Assembly (NCBI GenBank): GCA_051876105.1
Contig: JBJEHN010000073.1
Span: forward strand, 4,555-68,554
Direction: 5' to 3'
From: Coriobacteriales bacterium
GTDB taxonomy: Bacteria > Actinomycetota > Coriobacteriia > Coriobacteriales > QAMH01
DNA: 64,000 nt
Shown: positions 28,295 through 36,801 of the stretch, piece by piece
Layout: each line of letters begins with the position of its first letter
Numbering within the stretch: the stretch's first letter is position 1
The notes under the pieces: model-generated
Database searches by the model: none
What the model saw: only the letters and a program-made list of their open reading frames with translations
What the model was told of the DNA's origin: nothing
Program-made: the position numbers and the translations under genes

Positions 28295-28864
28295 CTAGGC
28301 GCCCTCCCCGCCTGCGGGCTCGGCTGGTGCCGGGGCGTCGAGCTCGTCGAGCATGCCGCGCAGCTCCTTGAAGGCAGAGGCGATCTGGCGCTTCTGGCTA
28401 TTGCCCTGCTCGGGCGGGGCGGGCTTGGTGTCCTCGCGTGTGGCGATGGCGTTTGCCACCGCCGTGCCGTGGGTGCGGCTTAACGACACGGGGATCTCCA
28501 GGACACCCATCTCCTGAGCGATCTGCCGCGCGCGGTTGTGCAGCAGCACCACCGGCTTGCCGCGGTCGTTGTGGGTGACCTCAACGTCCGCGAAGCCCAC
28601 GCCGCTGCCAAAGCCGGTGCCGAGCGCCTTGACCACCGCCTCCTTGGCAGCGAAGTGCGTGGCGTAGTGCACGGCGGGATTGTGCTTGGCATCGCAGTAG
28701 GCGCGCTCGCCCTCGGTGAAGACCTTCCTCGCAAAGGCAGGGCTGCGCTGCAGTATCGCCTCCATGCGGGGGATCTCCACGATGTCGACGCCGAGCCCCG
28801 CGATGGGGACGGTTGGCTGCGTTTGGGGCGCCTCGTTCAGCTCTTGGGGTTCTTCAACGCTCAT
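28295..28864 (-). CDS. acpS: Holo-[acyl-carrier-protein] synthase with N- and C-terminal extensions
   Basis: GLGVDIVEIPRM...HFAAKEAVVKALGTG...SLSRTHGTAVANA. About 45 extra C-terminal residues. Confidence 0.9.
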   Translation of the reverse strand: MSVEEPQELNEAPQTQPTVPIAGLGVDIVEIPRMEAILQRSPAFARKVFTEGERAYCDAKHNPAVHYATHFAAKEAVVKALGTGFGSGVGFADVEVTHNDRGKPVVLLHNRARQIAQEMGVLEIPVSLSRTHGTAVANAIATREDTKPAPPEQGNSQKRQIASAFKELRGMLDELDAPAPAEPAGGEGA

Positions 28865-28867
28865 GTC

Positions 28868-30694
<1,827 letters not shown>

Positions 30695-30842
30695 AGAGGC
30701 GCTCCTTCTTGTGGATTTGCGTACCGAACGATTTTACCCGCAGGCACAGCCCGCTGGCCTCAGAGCCCGCCGCAGGGTGCCAGCGGTGGCAATGCAGCGC
30801 CCGCGAAGCGAAGGCGGCCCGAAAACCGCCTCGCTCATTGCA

Positions 30843-30893
30843 AAGAATGGGACAGTGGGGACAGTCCCCACTGTCCCCCACTGTCCCATTCTT
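30843..30893. repeat. Palindromic repeat element, copy 1 (variant with an internal 10-nt duplication)
   Basis: AAGAATGGGACAGTGGGGACAGTCCCCACTGTCC[CCCACTGTCC]CATTCTT. It shares a 32-nt core, AATGGGACAGTGGGGACAGTCCCCACTGTCCC, with the copy at 62779-62819. It lies between the rpmA terminator and the glmS upstream region. Confidence 0.85.
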
Positions 30894-30902
30894 CGGGGAC
30901 CA

Positions 30903-30929
30903 AATGAAAAGACCCCCGTGCGGGGGCCC
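30903..30929 (-). terminator. Rho-independent terminator after rplU-rpmA
   Basis: The minus strand reads GGGCCCCCGCACGGGGGTCTTTTCATTT (5-6-bp G/C stem followed by a T-tract), about 27 nt after the rpmA stop. Confidence 0.6.
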
Positions 30930-30955
30930 TTCCATTGCTATGTCGCCAAGAGGCT

Positions 30956-31210
30956 TTAGGCCTCTGCGGGGATGACGTGCACGCGACGCTTGTCGCCGCG
31001 GGTGTACTTGACGGTGCCGTCTGCCAGGGCGAACAGGGTGTCGTCCTTGCCGCGGCCCACGTTCTCACCGGGGTGGAAGTGGGTGCCGTGCTGGCGGACC
31101 AGGATCATGCCGGTGGTGACGACCTCGCCGGCGAACTTCTTGCAGCCCAGACGCTGTGCGCGGGAGTCGCGACCGTTGCGAGTGGAGCCTAGACCCTTTT
31201 TATGTGCCAT
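30956..31210 (-). CDS. rpmA: 50S ribosomal protein L27
   Basis: [31 protein letters not shown]... Confidence 0.97.
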   Translation of the reverse strand: MAHKKGLGSTRNGRDSRAQRLGCKKFAGEVVTTGMILVRQHGTHFHPGENVGRGKDDTLFALADGTVKYTRGDKRRVHVIPAEA

Positions 31211-31230
31211 TGTCTTTCGCCTCCCTTACC

Positions 31231-31758
31231 TTAAGCGTTCTGGATGGTCTCGATGATCTCTGCCTTGCGGGCGGAGGAGGAAAGCTTGACGCCGCGCTCT
31301 GCTGCGAGCTCCTTGAGCTGGGCGACCGTCATCTTGTTCAGCTCTTCGACGGAGGGAAGGGCAGCGGCCTGAGCTGCGGGCTCTGCAGCGGCAGCGGGCT
31401 CTGCGGGGGCCTCTGCCTTTGCGGGCTTGGCAGCCTTGGGCTCGGCCTTGACGCCTGCGACCTCGGTGATGACGATCTTGGTGAGGTTCTGGCGATGGCC
31501 GCGGAGCTTCTTGTAGCCCTTGCGCTTCTTGAACTTGAAGATGATGGCCTTGGGGCCCTTGTGCTGGTCAACGATCTCTGCGGTGACGGTGGTCTGGGCG
31601 AGAGCGTCTGCATCGGTCACGACGTCGGTGCCGTTGTTGAGGAACAGGACGGGGAGCTGCACCTGGGTGCCAGCCTCGCCCTCGATCTTCTCAACGTCGA
31701 TGACGTCACCCGGCTTGACGGTGTACTGCTTGCCACCGGTTTTGATGATTGCGTACAT
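31231..31758 (-). CDS. rplU: 50S ribosomal protein L21 with a C-terminal A/P/K-rich linker and a SAP/Rho_N-like helix-extended-helix module
   Basis: MYAIIKTGGKQYTVKPGDVIDVEKI... is the L21 core (about 100 aa). About 75 further residues end in LNKMTVAQLKELAAERGVKLSSSARKAEIIETIQ. I chose ATG 31758; the track uses TTG 31776. Confidence 0.93.
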   Translation of the reverse strand: MYAIIKTGGKQYTVKPGDVIDVEKIEGEAGTQVQLPVLFLNNGTDVVTDADALAQTTVTAEIVDQHKGPKAIIFKFKKRKGYKKLRGHRQNLTKIVITEVAGVKAEPKAAKPAKAEAPAEPAAAAEPAAQAAALPSVEELNKMTVAQLKELAAERGVKLSSSARKAEIIETIQNA

Positions 31759-31851
31759 TCTGGTTTTGCCTTTCAACTTTTAACCGAAGTGCCCTGCGTC
31801 GCATTCCTGCGTGAGGGAATTACGCACCAATGCACACAGACGCGAATGGGA

Positions 31852-31880
31852 ATGATAACAAATCAAACCCGCCTTTACAA
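31852..31880 (-). promoter_or_regulatory. Candidate promoter for rplU-rpmA
   Basis: The minus strand reads TTGTAA-N17-TATCAT, about 90 nt upstream of the rplU start. Confidence 0.4.
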
Positions 31881-31903
31881 CGCCTGAGAGCAGCTTTTTT
31901 AGC

Positions 31904-31927
31904 CACGCCGCCGGGTGTAGCGGCGTG
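31904..31927 (-). other. Hairpin immediately after the DUF2344 gene stop
   Basis: CACGCCGC-N8-GCGGCGTG (8-bp stem). On the minus strand it is followed by an A-run rather than a U-run, so it is not a canonical terminator. Confidence 0.3.
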
Positions 31928-31929
31928 CC

Positions 31930-32604
31930 CTAGCCCTCGCCCCTGAGCAGGGTGCGTGTGAGGCCCGCCAGACGCGGCGCCGGCCCCTGCATCATGCCCA
32001 GCGCCTGCTCGATGAAGCGGTCTGGGCGCAGCGAGCCCTGGTCTTGCGCGCGCGTCGAGAAGCGCGCCACCACGTCCGGCCCGCGCTGCTCGAGCTCCGG
32101 TGCGCCCAGCAGGCGCCCTTCGAGCGGGACCTGCTTGACCTCCATCGGCCCGCGGCGCTTCTTGGGCTTGCGCATGACCTCGACGTAGCCGCGCTCGATC
32201 AGCGCGCCGAAGGCGGCCTGCAGTTCCTCGCAGCGGCAGTCCTCGAAGCTCGCCTCCCAGTCGCTTATGGGGAAGGCCACGGTCACGGCGTCTGCACGCA
32301 CGTCGATGTAGCTGCACTCCACGGGGGCGAGGTCGCCCACGCTGCCCTCGAGCATGCGCTCAAGGGCCAGCTCGGGCCTCACGTGCTCGCGCAGGCGCAG
32401 GTCGAGGTACTCGCACTCGCTGGCCGCGCCCACCGGCAGCGCCGGCCCGAAGCTCACCTTCATGTGCGGGTTGAAGCCCTCCGTGACCGCGTAGGGCAGC
32501 TGGGCGCGGCGGATGATGCGCTCCATGCTGCGTATGGTCTCGAGATGGGAGAGGAAGGCCAGGCGGCCGCGCTTGACGTACTTGATGCGCATCAGGAACC
32601 CCAT
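31930..32604 (-). CDS. Radical-SAM-linked protein, TIGR03936/DUF2344 type
   Basis: 224 aa from MGFLMRIKYVKRGRLAFLSHLETIRSMERIIRRAQLPYAVTEGFNPHMKVSFGPALPVG. The start lies 8 nt after the upstream radical-SAM stop. The 336-aa track ORF is an upstream extension. Confidence 0.8.
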   Translation of the reverse strand: MGFLMRIKYVKRGRLAFLSHLETIRSMERIIRRAQLPYAVTEGFNPHMKVSFGPALPVGAASECEYLDLRLREHVRPELALERMLEGSVGDLAPVECSYIDVRADAVTVAFPISDWEASFEDCRCEELQAAFGALIERGYVEVMRKPKKRRGPMEVKQVPLEGRLLGAPELEQRGPDVVARFSTRAQDQGSLRPDRFIEQALGMMQGPAPRLAGLTRTLLRGEG

Positions 32605-32612
32605 GTTCTCAC

Positions 32613-34514
32613 TCACAGCACACGCTCCCTCTCGGTGAAGGTCTTGACGGGAAGGTCCTGGCAGACGCCGCAAGCGCTGCAGGGCCCAAAGCTGCAGTCC
32701 GGGGTCGTCTTGCCCAGCTGCGCCTGGCGCCGCTCCCTCAGCAAGAACTCCTCGGTGACGCCGCAGCTGATATGGTTCCACGGCAGGGCCTCGCCTTCCT
32801 CGAAGGTGCGCGTGGCGGCCTCGAAGATGCCCACCCCGCTCTCCTGCGCGCCCTGCTCCCAGGCGGCAAAGTCGAACTGCTCGCTCCAGGCGTCGAAGCG
32901 CGCGCCGTGGCGCCACGCCTGCTCGATGAGCGCAGCGCACTCGCGCCCGCCGCGGGCGAGCACGGCCTCGATGTAGGAGGTCTGGCTGTCGTGGTAGTGC
33001 AGGTCAACGCCCTTCTTGGGCATGCTCGCCCTCAGCACCTGGATGCGGTGCTCGATCTGCTCGAGGCCAATCTGGCCGTCCCATTGGAAGGGGGTGCAGG
33101 GCTTGGGGATGAACAGCGAGGCACTGGCGCTCATGCGCACGTTGCCGCGCTGGTCGTCCGGCACGGAGTCCTTGGCGGCGTTGTAGAGGCGGCGGCAGAG
33201 GTCGCCGATGCCGGCGACGTCCTCGTCGGTCTCGCCCGGCAGGCCGATCATGAAGTAAAGCTTGCAGCGGCGCCAGCCCGCCTGGAAGGCGCTGGTGACG
33301 GCGTTGAAGATCTGCTCTTCGGTCACACCCTTGTTGATGACGTCGCGCATGCGCTGGGTGCCCGCCTCCGGGGCCAGCGTGAGGCCCGGCTTGCGCTCGC
33401 CGGCCACCAGCGTGGCCAGCTCGATGCCGAAGGCGTCGACGCGCTGGCTGGGCAGCGAGATGCCGATGCCCGTCCCCCGGTACTGGTTGTTGATGCGGCG
33501 CACCATGTCCATGATGCAGCTGTGGTCCGTGGACGAGAGGCTGGTGAGGCTCACCTCGTCGTAGCCCGTGAAGGCCAGCCCCTGGCACACGGCCCCGACC
33601 ACCGGGTCGACCGTGCGCTCGCGCACCGGACGGTAGATCATGCCCGCCTGGCAGAAGCGGCAGCCGCGGGCGCAGCCGCGCAGGATCTCCACGGCCAGGC
33701 GGTCGTGCACCAACTCCTGGTAGGGCACGATGGGCGTGGGCAGCGCCTTGGTGGCGTCGAAGTCCGCGATGACGGCCTTGCGCACCAGCGCGGGCACGCC
33801 CTCCTCGGCCGGGGCGTAGCGCGTGCAGATTGTGTCGCGCACACCCTCGAGCGGGCGGGCCTGCTCCTCGGAGGTCTTCTCGCGGTAGAGGCTTGGAACG
33901 TACATGCCCTCGAGCTTGGCGATCTCGCGCAGGATCTGGGCGCGGCTCGCCCCGGCATCGCGTAAGGAGCGGTGCGTGCGCGCGACGAGCAGGTCGAGCT
34001 CTTCTCCCTCGCCGACGAAGAAGGCGTCGAAGAACTCCGCGTAGGGCTCGGGGTTGTAGGCGCAGGGGCCGCCTGCCATGACCAGCGGGTCGCCCTCGCC
34101 GCGCTCGCAGGCATGCAGGGGGATGCCGCCTAAGTCGAGAACCTCGAGCACGTTGGTGGCCGCGAGCTCATGGGGCAGGGTGATCCCCACGAAGTCGAAC
34201 TCGCTCAAGGGCGCGTAGCTCTCCAGCGAGCACAGCGGCAGGCCCTGCTCGCGCATGAGGGCGATCATGTCGATCCAGGGCAGGAACGCGCGCTCGCACA
34301 GGATGTGCGAGTCGGCGTTGAGGCAGTCGTAGAGGATCGCGATGGCCTGGTTGGCCTGGCCTATCTCGTAGGTGTCGGGATAGATGAAGACGGCGTGGTA
34401 GTCGGCTTGCGGCTTTTCGGCCGGGTCGACCGCCCCGTACTCCCTGCCCAGGTAGCGGGAGGGCTTCTCCACCTTGGAAAGCAGCGGCGCGTAGCGCGGC
34501 CACAGGTCTGTCAT
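32613..34514 (-). CDS. B12-binding-domain radical SAM protein, TIGR03960 type (function unknown)
   Basis: About 633 aa: LSKVEKPSRYLGREYG N-terminus and the CxxxCxxC radical-SAM motif (RGCARGCRFCQAG). ATG 34514 has AGGAAGGA upstream; the track uses TTG 34535. Confidence 0.85.
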   Translation of the reverse strand: MTDLWPRYAPLLSKVEKPSRYLGREYGAVDPAEKPQADYHAVFIYPDTYEIGQANQAIAILYDCLNADSHILCERAFLPWIDMIALMREQGLPLCSLESYAPLSEFDFVGITLPHELAATNVLEVLDLGGIPLHACERGEGDPLVMAGGPCAYNPEPYAEFFDAFFVGEGEELDLLVARTHRSLRDAGASRAQILREIAKLEGMYVPSLYREKTSEEQARPLEGVRDTICTRYAPAEEGVPALVRKAVIADFDATKALPTPIVPYQELVHDRLAVEILRGCARGCRFCQAGMIYRPVRERTVDPVVGAVCQGLAFTGYDEVSLTSLSSTDHSCIMDMVRRINNQYRGTGIGISLPSQRVDAFGIELATLVAGERKPGLTLAPEAGTQRMRDVINKGVTEEQIFNAVTSAFQAGWRRCKLYFMIGLPGETDEDVAGIGDLCRRLYNAAKDSVPDDQRGNVRMSASASLFIPKPCTPFQWDGQIGLEQIEHRIQVLRASMPKKGVDLHYHDSQTSYIEAVLARGGRECAALIEQAWRHGARFDAWSEQFDFAAWEQGAQESGVGIFEAATRTFEEGEALPWNHISCGVTEEFLLRERRQAQLGKTTPDCSFGPCSACGVCQDLPVKTFTERERVL

Positions 34515-34574
34515 GCTCGGTTCCTTCCTCTGCAAGCCGCGGGGCGGCGCCCGCAGCTCTCCCTTGCTGGCATA

Positions 34575-35540
34575 CTACTCGCCTTGGTGCGAGAGCTCCC
34601 CAGCGGCGCGCTCGAGCGCGGCCCCCAGGCTGTTGAGGGTACCACCCTCCTCGAAGCAGTCGATGGCCGCACGGCCCATGGCCACGGTGCCAGAGTACGC
34701 CACGGCGCCCTTGACGCCCCAGCCCAGCCCCGGGACGGCGTCTGCCAGCTCGCGCGCGACAGCCCGCAGCCCAAAGGCCCCCGCCACCACGGCGAGCACC
34801 TCGCGCATGCGGCCCGTGTCGAGCGGCTGCCCGTAGAGGCCCGCGACCTGCAGCACCAGCTTGGCCTGGTTCATGGTGATGACGGGCATGTCCGCGCCGG
34901 GGACCATGACGAGCGCCCCCACCCCGGCGTTGAGCAGAGCGGCGCGGCGGGTGAGCTCGAGGGCCACCGGCCTGCGGCAGAACGCGTAGCTGCGCGCCAG
35001 GGCGAGCCGCGCCTGCGGGGCGTTGCAGGCGATCCAGGCGCCCAGCTCCGCCAGGGGCTCCTCCCCGCCCGGATCGACGGCGACGATGCAGTCGAGCGGG
35101 ATGCCCGCTGGGGCCGCCGCGGCGGGGTCATCGCCTTCCAGGCCCAAGATCTCCGCCGCCTGCTCCGGGCTCTGGGCGAAGTAGGTCTCGCCCTCCTCCA
35201 GGGCAACCACGACCGGCACGCCCTGCGCCTGGCCCTGGGCCACGACCTCGCCCAACAGCAGCGACTGCCCGGCAACCACCACGCACAGGTCGCACTGCCA
35301 GCCCAGCTGCGGCAGCTCCCCGGCCAGCACCGTGCAGCGCAGGTCGATGCTGGGCTCTTGGGTGCGCAGGGCCCCGAGCAGGCAGTTGATGAGCCCGTCG
35401 CCTGCCGTGGCGTCGATGACGAGGCTGATGTTGAGCGGTGCCTCGAGGCTGGCGGTGTACTCCTCCGCCGCCGCGCGCAGCTTGCCCAGGTCGACTGGGT
35501 TCCTCGTGCGCTTGCGCTTCTTTCCCTTCTGCGCTCCCAT
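34575..35540 (-). CDS. Hypothetical protein; the C-terminal half resembles DUF697, the N-terminal half is a P-loop-less alpha/beta-like domain
   Basis: 321 aa with a basic N-terminus (GAQKGKKRKRTRNP). The C-terminal VPGADMPVITMNQAKLVLQVAGLYGQPLD...AVVAGAFGLRAVARELADAVPGLG matches my memory of the DUF697 pattern (P.AD...L...Q..M...IA..YG). The start lies 6 nt after the rodA stop. Confidence 0.55.
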   Translation of the reverse strand: MGAQKGKKRKRTRNPVDLGKLRAAAEEYTASLEAPLNISLVIDATAGDGLINCLLGALRTQEPSIDLRCTVLAGELPQLGWQCDLCVVVAGQSLLLGEVVAQGQAQGVPVVVALEEGETYFAQSPEQAAEILGLEGDDPAAAAPAGIPLDCIVAVDPGGEEPLAELGAWIACNAPQARLALARSYAFCRRPVALELTRRAALLNAGVGALVMVPGADMPVITMNQAKLVLQVAGLYGQPLDTGRMREVLAVVAGAFGLRAVARELADAVPGLGWGVKGAVAYSGTVAMGRAAIDCFEEGGTLNSLGAALERAAGELSHQGE

Positions 35541-35546
35541 AGCCGC

Positions 35547-36797
35547 CTACACGCTCCCCGGCGCCTTGGCAGCGGCAACGCCCCTGCGCATCCACACGTT
35601 CATGAGCAGGCCGATGCAGATGAAGTTCGCGATCATGAAGCTGCCGCCGTAGCTCATGAAGGGCAGGGGGATGCCCGTGATGGGCATGAGGCCGATGTCC
35701 ATGCCGATGTTCTCGATGATCTGGAAGAGCCACATGCCCATGACGCCCGCCACGATCAGCGAGCCCTCCAGGCAGCCGGCTGAGAGGCCTATCCACAGGG
35801 TGCTGGCCAGCAGCGCCAGGTAGAGCAGCAACAGCAGCGCCGAGCCCACGAAGCCGAACTGCTCCGCATACACGCAAAAGATGAAGTCCGTTGCGGACTC
35901 CGGCAAGAAGCCGCCGTTGGACTGCGTGGCATTGCCCCAGCCCTTGCCGGTTATCTCGCCGCTGCCGATGGCGATCTTGGCCTGGTTGAGGTTGTAGGCG
36001 TCGTTGGCGTAGTCGGGGTTGTCGGGGTCGACGAAGACGAGCAGGCGGCTCATCTGGTACTCCTTGATGATCTGGGTCTCGCCGCCCGTCCAGGTCGAGA
36101 CGGCGTAGTTGCCCACCAGCAGGCCGGCGACGCCCACCGCGCACACCATCACCGTCACGAGGATCCAGCGCATGTTGGCACCGCCCACGAAGATGATGAC
36201 AAAGCCGATGATGAGGATGACCAGGCCGGTGCCCAGGTCCTCCTTGGCCAGCAGCAGCGTGGGCACGAGCAGCAGCCCCACGCACTTGAGGAAGTCCTTG
36301 CCGCTGCTGATGTTGCCCCCATAGCGCGACACGAAGAGCGCCATCATCACGATGGTGATGGGCTTGCCTATCTCCGAGGGCTGCAATGTGAGCGGCCCGA
36401 TGGCGATCCACGAGCGCGCGCCGTTGGCGTCGAAGCCCAGCGGCGTCATGGGCAGCAGGATGACGAAGACGTCCAGCGCCAGCAGCCCGAAGACCGCCGC
36501 GTTGCCCGTGCCGAGCCTGCGGTAGTCGACCGCCCAGACCACCGCGCCGGCCACCACGCCGATGCCGATGCTCATGCACTGCTTGGAGATGGAGTAGTCC
36601 TTGTCGGTGAGCGTGACCGCGTAGAGGGTCACGAGGCCCAGGGCGAGCAGTGCCAGGACGCACAGCAGCAGGGGGATGTTCACAGCATGCAGCACGCCCC
36701 CGAGCCCACCGATGGAGAGCTTGGGGCCGTGACCGGAGCCGCCGGTGCCCATGCTCGACGGCTTGGAGATGCGTTTTGAGAACTGAAGAGGTGCCAT
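35547..36797 (-). CDS. rodA: Rod-shape peptidoglycan glycosyltransferase RodA (SEDS family)
   Basis: 416 aa from MAPLQFSK; polytopic, with SEIGKP, TDFIF and PLPFMSYGGS motifs. It starts 4 nt after the mrdA stop. The 500-aa track ORF is an extension. Confidence 0.9.
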   Translation of the reverse strand: MAPLQFSKRISKPSSMGTGGSGHGPKLSIGGLGGVLHAVNIPLLLCVLALLALGLVTLYAVTLTDKDYSISKQCMSIGIGVVAGAVVWAVDYRRLGTGNAAVFGLLALDVFVILLPMTPLGFDANGARSWIAIGPLTLQPSEIGKPITIVMMALFVSRYGGNISSGKDFLKCVGLLLVPTLLLAKEDLGTGLVILIIGFVIIFVGGANMRWILVTVMVCAVGVAGLLVGNYAVSTWTGGETQIIKEYQMSRLLVFVDPDNPDYANDAYNLNQAKIAIGSGEITGKGWGNATQSNGGFLPESATDFIFCVYAEQFGFVGSALLLLLYLALLASTLWIGLSAGCLEGSLIVAGVMGMWLFQIIENIGMDIGLMPITGIPLPFMSYGGSFMIANFICIGLLMNVWMRRGVAAAKAPGSV

Positions 36798-36801
36798 GTG
36801 C

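Noticed and set aside
30695-30842. glmS ribozyme in the glmS 5' region
   Set aside because: It is expected in Gram-positives and the region is structured, but I could not find the conserved ribozyme core segments by eye. I keep it as a to-be-checked finding rather than calling an ncRNA feature.
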